Assembly: GCA_973895155.1 (NCBI GenBank)
Contig: OZ316894.1
Span: 26,707,240 to 26,771,239, forward strand
Direction: 5' to 3'
Source: Marsupella aquatica
Lineage: Eukaryota > Plantae > Marchantiophyta
Length of the DNA stretch: 64,000 nucleotides
In this document: positions 12,240 through 22,650 of the stretch, piece after piece
How positions within the stretch are numbered: the stretch's first letter is position 1
Layout: the number at the start of each line of letters is the position of its first letter
Notes under the pieces: model-generated
What the model saw: only the letters and a program-made list of their open reading frames with translations
What the model was told of the DNA's origin: nothing
Database searches by the model: none
Translations under genes and position numbers: made by a program

Positions 12240-15200
12240 TCACCAAAATCGCCATGGATCTTTATAAGGGGGAACATATTCAGTAGTAGGACTTTCCAGT
12301 CGAAATGACTCAACTGCTTCCTTCAGCATTGGTTCAAACTGCATCCGACGAGGCAACGGAAGACACTGTAAATCAGATAACAGGATATACGAAGCAGTGC
12401 TTAAGCGCAATCGAAACTTCAAAAATGATTACTCTCGCGCATGTGGTATTTGGCAGCTGGACAGCGATATGCTTTCACATACAGACTGAAACGTTTGCAC
12501 ACAACTAAAAGGACTAGACATTGTGTATGGGCCCATGTATATTGTAATGAGATTTTCACAAAATCCTGCACAAAGGAGAAGTGGCAAGACTGGTCGTGTG
12601 GATCAAATTGTGATCTCAAAGCCTTAGCTTTGGTAGAACAGCACCAATTTGACGACATTGGAATACATTTTACAAGGTAGAGCTTATAAGGACTTGGGCG
12701 TTTTAGGTGCGAGGACAACCATATTCACAAGGGTGGACAGCGGCTGACATTCCCTGTTCCATTTCTCACCACTTCTTTAAGAGAATTCTTATTACTTCCC
12801 AACAGAGTTATAGAGATGCACGTATGGAAACCAAGGAGCTTTAGAATAAGAACCATCTTAATTAGAAAAGTAACAGTACACTGCACTTACAAATGTCCAT
12901 CTCTTGCCTGAAGTAGAGGCGTTCAAAGAGTATAAATAACCTGCAATAATGACTCGTCAGTATAAAGGAGATTGACGCCTACGGTTTCCAACGTCTACTT
13001 TTCTCGACAAGCTGTCGGTTAAGATGACAATATTTGTGTATCGACCCAAGACATTCCACAGAATTGAAAAGAGACGAAAACTACTACCTCAAATGGCAGT
13101 GGAAATACTTGTATGGAAACTCAGCTAAAATTATGAAGCCATGAAATAGAACAAAAGCTCACCTTCTCTCTCCGCTGTAACTGCTGCTGAATGTCGGTAC
13201 ACATCCAAGCTACGTTCCTGAGTCACAAGGATCTTGAATTAGAACTGCCTCTCACCAAGTAATTGACGGACAGAATCAAACACAACCTACAGTCATAATC
13301 TCGTGCACCTTCATCCAACTTTCTTACTCTCAAGATATTATGCTTTGGAGCGGTATTTTCTGTATGGTGTAGGTGCTCGCACAGAAATCGGAAAAACTTA
13401 CTTTTATTGTCGGAGATTTTTGTACCAAATATTCGTAATACCAATATCGTACACCGTCCTTCTGCACTCATTGAAGAAATCTTTCAGGTATATTGTGGTT
13501 CAAAGTGGTGACATTGCAAGAACCTCAAATTAACTCAGCTTCTCATCCAGTGATAGCATAAAAACCTTCGAAGCTGCAACATGGTCTACTGCTCGCAGTT
13601 ATAAATCAAACGCCACTCAGCATCGAAAGGATATTGGCATGGCCACAGTAAGCACAAGTGGCAGGGTGAAGAAAGTGAGACAACAGGCAAGTATTTTGTA
13701 AAAATGTGATGCCTCAAACTCCAGTAGAGGTTGATGGTCCTAGTATACTCCGGTTCACTAGCGTTTGTTCTACAGGTGGAACCCAGTAATAAATGTATAA
13801 GGGCCTCTGCTTACACCTACTCATCTCAAGTCCTCCCTCGGTTAAAACAAGGAACGCAGGACGTGTAAACTATTGTCAAAGAAACATACCTCCTCAGTTT
13901 TCGTATTTAGAATAGAAATTTCTGCTACTCTTTGGCCCGTTGTCATACGCTGCAAATCAGCACAAGGAGACTTCAATATGACCACTCCCAATCAATCAGC
14001 GTTCTCAATTAATCAGCCTTAATTACTAAGCTCGTCTACTATGCCTTAAGTGCTCCAGAAATTTTGTAGACAATTCGGGACACTATCTTACTAAAACCTT
14101 CTGTCGAAGGGCTCCCTGCATTGAATAGGCACCCATGAAACATCAGATCTGGGCCTTTGAAACAAAATGTAAATCCTAAGAAAGTCACTCGCGTATCACA
14201 GCTGTGAGTTGAGTGGCGGTGAGGAGAATATATATATATATACGACCACTTGAGAAATTTAGCAGCTTGGACATGAGATGATACACAGCTGCCTCCGAAA
14301 TCAATGAGAGCATTATTTCCAGCTCGTGAAGGAAATGGTAAAAACCGTCCAAGTTCATGTAACTGTTATGTCCAAACGACATGATTCACAGCAGATACTA
14401 CCTATCCAAAGGTTAAAGAATTAACTTGTGCATGTTGTAACCTAAACTCTGGATCACTCCTTTGTGTATTTCGACGCCGAAGAATTTTTTAGAATTTGGA
14501 AACTGGCTGGAATGATTACGATGCTACCTAGCAAATGGCCTCAAATATAAAATGAGACGCACCTCGTAAAATCTTCAGCAAAATATTCATATTCGTATTC
14601 GATATTACCTTTGCATTAATCAAGTAGCTACAGAAACCTGAAATCAGGTAAAACAATGGGGAAGCGACTCACTGACTAGGAAAAGACATACATACCGCGG
14701 TGGATTTGTCCGTGAGGACTGAACGTGCAACATCTTTGGCATCCCAAGCGCTTATGTCACTGTCCTTCAAGAAAGTAGAGTTGGGTGGACCCACCTAACA
14801 ATATTGTTACCACGAAAAGTTGAATTAGGACCTACTGTTAGTGTCAAACAGATTACCCACACACTAAAAAAATCATGGAATGTCTTTCCCACGTTCAAGA
14901 GTACTTTCTTTGTTTTCTACAATTATATTCTAAGTTTGTCTCAACGCCAGATGACATATCGACGTAATGGTTCCTGTCAAGAGATAACGCAGAGCACAGA
15001 AGGTTCCTCAATTAGCACTTCAGAAAAATGTGAACAATATTGACCGCCACTTGAGTGCCGATCAGTCATTCACGGCAGAGCTGGTACATAATTGGGTTGT
15101 CTTTGCGTGATTACCGAGACTGAGACAACAAGATTATTTTGAACGTTGAGCCGCTCCGAGACAATTCTCTGTCGTGCATCAGCTGAAAAAAAAGTTCAAT

Positions 15201-17161
15201 TACCAACAGAAGCCCATCAACTGCTGGAACAGAGATCCCTGACAACTTCTGACCTTACTCGTCTCTATGGTGTGCACTATCCTTTTTTTGTGTTCATTGC
15301 AGTCTCTTCAAGCATATGCATTTCTTGTAAAGCAATACAATCCTTCACAACAACAGCTGCTCGTGACCTAGCACCAAGGACGTGAATTGCTCTAATGGGC
15401 AGTCACACTAGGCAACTGCAGGAGGGAAGCAACACCATACGTGAAAGTGGTGCAGCTGAAGAGTACCGCTCAGGCTTTCTTGATTCCACCCTGTTACCAA
15501 GACAAGAAGGCGCATTAAGAATTCTTCACAGACCGCACACAATGTACCAAAATGTTGCCAACCAAGTAGTACTCGCAATCTTCAAAGCACAGTCAAGTGT
15601 ATTACCCCTTAACTTAATTTTTCTTATCCACAATTTCTTTGAAAACAAGTTGAGAGCAGCAAGGCATTGAGATTCTATACACTACAGGATACTAAACAAG
15701 AAATTCCACGAGATTGACCACCACCTTCAAAAAGCCCCAAGTAGCGACAATGGCCGAGGGATTTGCTTGGTGGGACCCCAAATGAAAATGTTTTACTTGA
15801 TAGGACCCCTGAGTGATCCACACCGTTGATTTACCTTGAATAGACGGACCTAAACTTTCAAGGGTCCAATTAAGTAAAACATTTTCATTTGGGGTACCAC
15901 CAAGCAAATCTCTCGACAATGGCCTCAAATTTCATCTGCTCGAAAACATCCTATCCTGCCTGACAGATCTTCACGAAAAGCAAAAACACATATCGACTCC
16001 ATCACAAAAACTTTGATCATCTCTAGTGCTAAAACATACCATCGAATGTCCTGCTGAGCTACTCCCACGGGATATACATAACTATACGCATTTATGTCAT
16101 CCACTTGAACAGCGGTATCGACGTGACTAGCGGTAGCGGCATCCGCCACACTCATCATTTCCAAGCTTCCTGCATGTGTCCTGGCAGTGTCAAACGCCTT
16201 GTTCCCTCTTAGCAAATCCAGCTGAGATAACACTGGCAATCGAAACACTAAGAGTCATCCTCCATGCTTCACGAAGCACTTTTTTCATGGGCTCAAACCT
16301 CACAAGAATTCAAATTATTTGTTTGGCACTGAAAGATACTTCAATTAGATACCATTACTGAACGGAAGCAGACTATAATGGCAAAATGTAGTTGGCTTGT
16401 ACATTTCAGACCAAAGATTACATTAACAAGTGACGACTCACAAACTATTGAATGCAGCCTCCGAAATTTGGACACTTGGTTGACAACTCCCGACTTTTAA
16501 TCTGGCCCACTCATACACACTGTTTTATCCAGCTACCAATCTGGTTTCTAAGCATTTTAGTAAACAACGATTCACAAGGACGGATTACCGCCGGGTAATG
16601 AAAACGCTGGATTCGCTGCAGAGGGCAACAAGAGAGCTGCCATGAGCCCTCCCAGTACTAATTGCCGACGTTGAAAGCCATGGGCATCCAAGGAAGAACT
16701 AGAAGGCTTTCCCTGTTGCTCCTCCAATGTAGCCAACGGTGGCTTGAAGTCGGCCCTCGTGGTTCTTTTGTAACAGAGAGGTTTAATGGATAACCTCCTC
16801 CTTTCGAAGGCTCCTTGTTTTGATCCATCGCTGAAAAATAAACATCATCACCGAAAATTCGTTCCATAAAACACCACCATCCAAATTGGCCACCTCAATG
16901 GCAACATTCTCACCATTGCAGTCACGCGCATTACATGAGAACTAAAACAACAGACGTAATGCGAGGCTCAAATTTCAGCTCGTCCTCCGCAACGTTGTTC
17001 CTATGAGCAACCAGTTTCATTGGCGAAAGAATCAACCAGGAAGCCGTCACTGCACCAAGATGCGCACACTGTCGTGAAATAGAGGGAAAACCCGCCACCC
17101 ACCTGAGAAAGCCAAGAGACGGTAGTACGGAGCAAGGGCAGAAGCATAGCAGGGACGCCAT
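12240..17161 (-). CDS. PPD5: PsbP domain-containing protein 5 (thylakoid lumen), 11 coding exons: 17161-17103, 16830-16589, 16169-16040, 15490-15441, 15182-15115, 14794-14696, 13949-13890, 13461-13402, 13217-13163, 12940-12891, 12338-12240
   Basis: The spliced protein has a twin-Arg signal (FQRRQLVLGGLMAALLLPSAANPAFS), VDDINAYSYVYP, WVESRKPERYSSAAPLSPDARQRIVSER, YWYYEYLVQKSPT, AEREGYLYSLNAST and the diagnostic C-terminus YVPPYKDPWRFW. All introns are GT-AG. A further donor near 17537 suggests a 5'UTR intron. Confidence 0.95.
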
Positions 17162-18300
17162 CCCTGCTCTATTCCTGCGAGCAATCAAACGTAGTAGACG
17201 AGAAACGAAAAAATGGTTTTCAATGTCAAGATTCTTATATAGCAGCACCTTCTTCAGCCATTTGACCTCCAATGTCCTTGCTGCCATTTGCGGACGTCAT
17301 TTCTGAGTTCAACACCACTTTAAATTAGCGAGGGGTGAAAAACAAAATGGGGACATGGCCAGACTATACAACGATCAGAAGGAGCAAGCAAGCAATCAAA
17401 GCTTAAGCTTAAGCTGCTCCGACGTAATAGTTAGCGCAAGAAAACGAGCAGGAAATTCAGAATCCGAATCGTAGCAAAGAAATTCGATCTCCCCAGGAAG
17501 GATTCAGGTCATTAAACTGGAAATTCAATCTTCTTACCAGCTCACAGGGAGTCAAAGACGGACAGCCTCGGTCCTACAACGAGCAGACAGTTCGAAAATC
17601 AGCGTCCGGAATGGCTCCTAATCCGCAGGACGACGACGCCGGGCGTCTGGTGGAAGCGATTGTGTGTAAGGAAACACATGGCCCAGAGGGCCCTTACATC
17701 CCCCAAAGAGCCCATGGATTACCCACAAACATCTTTGCTTTTAACATGTGCCTTGGGCATGGGTAATTGGGTACAATAGTTGAGCATTGGCACTACAGAT
17801 GCCCTCCATTTATGAGGCAACCGACGGTTTCAATGAAAAGTCAGTGAGAACTCCAGCTAATTTTATTTTTGAAATCACTTGGCAGCCATAGTGCTTTACG
17901 TTAGTGCAAAGTGATGACCTGCTGGAATTTTGGGGTTATAAAGAGGGTTTATATAGCACTCTGGTTCTAGTGGTTTATAAAGAAGGTCATCTCTTTGCAT
18001 TCAAAAGTTTTACTCTTTACAGTTTTCCTTAAAGTGGTAGAACGTGGGTGACCATCAGTCATTCTGTATCGGGTTCAGGGTCAGTTAAGGTTTTCCAACC
18101 AAAGATCAACTCCTGCGTGTTCAGATATGGGTTGGAACTTGAGTAACACTGCCAAGAGTGGCTTTACCCTAAGTCACCTGGGGTTTGTGTGTCTAACTTT
18201 GCAAGATGCCATGGAGGCTTTGCGCCAGTGAGCAAGAGAGCACATACGTTGTGTAGTGCTAAGCTTGCCTTGAATGATTTTGTGCTGCTTTAATTCAGTA

Positions 18301-18834
18301 TGTCGTGACATATAGTATCGTAGCCATAGTGTATCTAAAACATACAAGTCACCGGCAAGGCATATGTGCAAGCTGCTAGCAACCAACATACATAGAAAAA
18401 GTCCAATCACATTCACAAGTGCCAAGAAAAGCAAATGAAGTGGTATGTACGTAGTGGAGGTGTAAACCTCTGTATAATAAAAGGCATGATAGAAACAAGT
18501 GTACTGAAATCAAATCGAAAACCGGCGGGATGCCAAGATCGGCCGGGAGCATCTAACGAATCACTGTGTGAATCCCGTGTACGGAACCGACGAGCACTGT
18601 CTGAGCTCTGTCGACAACGATTCAAGAAGAACTGAAAACCCACAAAGAAAGACATGCCCTAAGCAAGCAAAGTCCTGGCGTCACACTAACAAGCACATTT
18701 GCTTCAAGAACGGCCCAGACTTGCTACAAGAACATGTCACTAACTCAGGTAGTACACTAGCCCTAACTACATACCTAGCGGGCAGGCGAGGGACATGCCG
18801 ATGTGCATAAGAGGCACTGTCCCTCGGCATGACA
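18301..18834 (-). repeat. Full-length LTR candidate (534 bp, TG...CA)
   Basis: The minus strand begins TGTCATG (18834) and ends CACGACA (18301), a 6/7 terminal inverted repeat. Its distal 173 bp or so (18301-18473) is duplicated at 18837-19012. Confidence 0.8.
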
Positions 18835-18836
18835 GC

Positions 18837-19012
18837 TGTCGTGACATATAGTATCGTAGCCATAGTGTATCGAAAACATACAAGTCACCGGCAAGGCATA
18901 TGTGCAAGCTGCTAGCAACCAACATGCATAGAAAAAGTCCAATCACATTCACAAGTGCCAAGAAAAAGCAAATGAAGTGGTATGTACGTAGTGAAGGTGT
19001 AAACCTCTGTAT
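18837..19012 (-). repeat. Partial LTR copy (3' portion only), tandem to the full LTR via a 2-bp GC spacer
   Basis: Near-identical to 18301-18473 (tgtcgtgacatatagtatcgtagccatagtgtatc...gtgtaaacctctgtat), with only a few substitutions and indels. Confidence 0.9.
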
Positions 19013-19020
19013 CCCCCCCC
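19013..19020 (-). promoter_or_regulatory. Polypurine tract (G8) of the gypsy element
   Basis: The minus strand reads GGTCTGGGGGGGGATACAGAGG, about 33 bp after the pol stop and immediately before the terminal repeat. Confidence 0.7.
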
Positions 19021-19052
19021 AGACCACAGCCAAAAGGAGGGTTGAAGAAAAT

Positions 19053-19343
19053 TTAGGTAGCACGTGGAGCACAAGAAGGGCAAAACCATAACCCTTCTGG
19101 CACCTGGGTAAGTTCAGGCCGAAGGCAGAAAAGATGGTACCCTCCATTGCAATTGTCACACAGCAGCATCTGGTCAGCATCATCAATTCGCAAACACACC
19201 TTGCAAGGGTAGTCCACAGGTGGAATCCAAGTAGAAGTCACAATGGTGGGATCTAGGTTAGGCAGATGACAAGGGGCGCAATTCTTGGCATTGTCAGCAA
19301 TTGTGCGCCCATCTGCCCCTTGTAACTCTAGCACTCCAGACGG
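19053..19343 (-). pseudogene. C-terminal PHD finger (C4-H-C3) of the gypsy integrase frame
   Basis: CKVCLRIDDADQMLLCDNCNGGYHLFCLRPELTQVPEGLWFCPSC at about 19205-19071. It is in the same frame as integrase ORFs 19842..20993 and 19344..19820, separated from them only by single TGA codons. Confidence 0.93.
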
Positions 19344-21359
19344 TCAAATAGCTTTAACCCTGAGAATAGTACGACTGGTAGAGGTGTCCAGGGTGTCGTT
19401 AGCTTGCCGTTGCAAGTACACAAAATCTCCCACATCAAACTTCCTAACCTTGGGCTGAAAAGTGCCCCCTCGTGTGTGTGCATAACGCAGTGTGTCCCTG
19501 TGTTGTGCAATGGCCAAATTCTCCATGGCCATGGGCATAACCCTCCTGAATAGGGCAGCCCTCTCAGAGATCACATCAGACCAAGTCACAGTTGAATCCA
19601 AGTCCACCACCTGAAGCATGTGAGCAGCAATAGCAGAAGGTGGAACTGGGTGACGACCAAACAACAAGAAGTAGGGAGAGAAGTTAGACAGTGATGCATG
19701 TCTGGACATCCTATACCCCATGGCAATGTAGGGTAAGGCCAGGTCCCAATCCTCCTTGTTTTTGGTGAGGCAGATCTTCCAGAGGCCCTTCTTGCATGTC
19801 TGAACCATGCGCTCGGCCAAGCCATCTGCCTGTGGGTGATCTCATGATGTCCAACGATGATCAATGAGGGCCTGATCAAGCAGCTCCTGGAACTCTCCTC
19901 TAAACTCTGAGCCCTGGTCAGTGAGACATTCTGCACGAGCTCCAAAGCGACTGAGAACTTGTTGTAGGAATGCCTGGCTGGTGCTACGGGAGGTCTTATC
20001 CGGCAATGCCACAAGTTCTATCCACTTGGAGAAATGCTCTATCATGATCATGATGTAGAGATTACCCCGAGATGTGAGGGGTAATTCTCCAGCCAAATCA
20101 CATGACCAACGATAAAACATGCCCTGGATAGGGAGTGGGTGAAGTGTGGGTTGCCAAGACGTGAAAGAAGTCCTTACCCTATCACACTGCTCACACCGAG
20201 CAATAACATCTTGAACCTGGCCATGCATGCCTCTCCAATGATAATGAGGGACCAAGAGGCTGTAAGTCCTCTTAACGCCAAAATGACCAAGCTCAGAATG
20301 TACCTTACGAATAAGGCCAACCCTCTCATGAATGGGTGGAACCACCACTTCCTTGTCTGGCAAGCAGCGCACGAGATGATCTCCCTTCCACAAGTAGCGC
20401 TTGGACCTTTGCTGAATTTGGTCTCTCTGGGTTGCAGTAACATGTATGGGGTACTCCCCATGTTGCAAAAATCTCAGAGTGTCGCTGTCCTCCCATATGT
20501 CCACCACAGGTTGGTCAACAATGTAGCATGGCAGCAAAGCAAGATAGGTAGATGCATGAAATGTAGGCAGGATGGAAACCTGGTCAAAATCCTGCCGTGC
20601 ATCTGAGGGATCATCAGAGGCAATCAAAGGGCTACGGGACATAGTGTCAGCATTTTGATGTGTCACACCAAGCCTATGAATTACCTCAAAATCATACTCC
20701 TGGAGTATGAGTGCCCAACGAGCAAGCTTGCCAGTAAGCTTGTCGTTGGTCATCAACCACTTCAAGGGCTGGTGGTCGGTGTAGAGAACAAACCTAGTCC
20801 CATAGAGGTAGGGCCTGTAATGTATTACAGCCCACACAACAGCAAGGCATTCACCCTCATAAGAAGAATAATGACTCTCTGCCTGATTGTTGCTCCTGGA
20901 TGCATAGGCAATGACGTACTCTTTACCTTCCTCATCATGCTGGCCCAGAATGGCACCAATCCCAAGGGCACATCCAATCTGTGTGTAGCACAAAGACCTT
21001 GCTGAAATCAGGTCTTCTCAGCACCGGGTATTCTGAGAGCTTCTCCTTCAAAGTGGCAAATGCTGCCTCAGCATCTGTACTCCATGTCCAAGTCACATTC
21101 TTTTTCAACAAAGCATACAATGGGTGTGCAATGGTACTAAAATCTTTGATGTAGATCCGGTAGTAATTGCACAACCCAATAAAACTCCTCAAAGTGTGAA
21201 CATCGGTAGGAGTGGGCATTTCCAAGATGGATACCACCTTGGCCGAGTGAGCCATGGTTCCATTTGGAAGAATGCGATGCCCAAGATATACTACTGATCT
21301 GACAGCAAATTCACACTTCTTGGGGTGTATCTTTAGGTTCACCTTCTTAAGCCTAATCC

Positions 21360-22650
21360 ATAATCCATCACATACTTACAAAGCTCTTCACTTGAAGCCC
21401 TCTTGGGCATGGATGCCATAGCTCTTGTGCTAATTCCATTAAAATGACTGCTCTTGCCCAATACTTCTATTTTGCAAATACTGGTGTCACATGAGACACA
21501 TGTGAAAATGAATAGCCTATGCCCTTTAGATCATTCCCTGGAACCTTCCTAAGGGAATTCAAAATAAAAAATCAGGAAAAAAATCAGGTGAAAACACAAT
21601 CAGAAGATTTTCTAGCATGTAGCAAATGTGATTTGTGTGGTGTCCATAGAAGTAGGAGTACTTGATGAACTATAGAAATATCTACATCCTGAATGGAATC
21701 ATTTGTGAGGGTGTTGAGCTATCATTAGTTTCTGTAAGGCATCTTTCAAATCATTCCTAGCTGTGTGAATGACATAATTGGGAGGAATGGGCCCTATGGA
21801 GGACCTGAGTAGACATAACAAAAATGAAGTCATCACATCACAATATCTGTCCATAGCTGATTCCCTAAACATATTATTAAGTCCTTTTCTAGCATCATCA
21901 GTAGGTTGTGTTCTCATGACCATCCGACGTAGTCGATACTCCACAGCACCTCTATTGAGCAAATCTTGAAGTTTTTTCATATAGATTGAAACCACAGCAT
22001 CAATATGAAAGTGGAGTCTTGTCAGCTTTGGACAGAGGTCACATTTGAGCTATGATATCAAGGAATGGTACCTCAGGAGGCATGAATTCCATAGCAAGTT
22101 GATTCCATTTGGATTGCCTTGGCCATGGGGTTAACTCCTCCACGGGAGGGAGGCACTCAGGTTGCCAAGACTCTATATTGTCCTCAAAACTTTTCATGAT
22201 CAAATCCTGCATGGCTTAATTGTGTATCCACATGACCAATACCGTAGACCCTCCTGTCTTCCACACAATGACAATTGAGACATACCAAAAGAACAAGATC
22301 ATTGTGATGGACAATGGAAATACTTGCATTTGTGAATATCTCTGGTGTTCCCGTGAGATCTGGGGTAATACAGAAGCCTTTCTCATCCTCATCAAGTTCC
22401 GCTTGTGGTTTCTCTACAAGTGCTCCATTATAGTGAGTCCCCAAAGAATCTCCACGAGAAACAATAGTGGAACAAGTAGAAATTGGGCACTTAAATCCCT
22501 CTATAGATCTATGGATACCAGATGTTGATCCATCTTGGAGCTTCAACTTGTAAGTCGCTCTACAGTTCTTCCTTGAATGGGAATCTCTAGACATTTGCAG
22601 ATGAAAATTCTTTTTCGCACTGTCCACATTTAAATGTCATTCTGCACAAC
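21360..22650 (-). pseudogene. Degraded coding relic resembling fungal DUF3505/OrsD-type (RecQ-helicase-linked) proteins
   Basis: Successive frames give a C2H2-like FKCPISTCSTIVSRGDSLGTH, LVLLVCLNCHCV, REELTPWPRQSKWNQLA, FRESAMDRYCDVMTSFLLCLLR, IVHQVLLLLW and GYSFSHVSHVTPVFAK*KYWARAVILMEL. Motif order matches my recollection of this family; not database-confirmed. Confidence 0.5.

Larger units (their letters stand above)
18301..21355 (-). mobile_element. 5'-truncated Ty3/gypsy LTR retrotransposon: RT C-terminus - RNase H - integrase - PHD finger - PPT - terminal repeats
   Basis: RT thumb LKIHPKKCEF...LRSFIGLCNYYR; RNase H LHTDW/IAYASR/EGECLAVVWA/YTDHQPLKWL/NADTMSR; integrase HHCC finger (HSELGH...CEQC) and DDE core (WSCDLAG, LTDQGSEF, HPQADGLAERMVQ). 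The order RT-RH-IN identifies gypsy. There is one frameshift near 20972 and two in-frame TGA stops (19842-19844, 19344-19346). Confidence 0.95.

Noticed and set aside
13223-13300. NYLVRGSS segment resembling the PPD5 YEYLVRKSP motif
   Set aside because: The true exon (YWYYEYLVQKSPT) is at 13461-13402 with proper splice sites; this segment is intronic and ends in a stop.
18174-19186. Hydrophobic duplicated ORFs (FLALVNVIGLFLCMLVASS...) as an env-like or membrane protein
   Set aside because: They lie within the LTR repeats, differ in start and stop between copies, and are explained by T-rich LTR sequence.
19053-19334. Stand-alone host PHD-finger gene
   Set aside because: It has no ATG start or splice structure of its own, is in frame with integrase and lies inside the PPT/LTR boundary.
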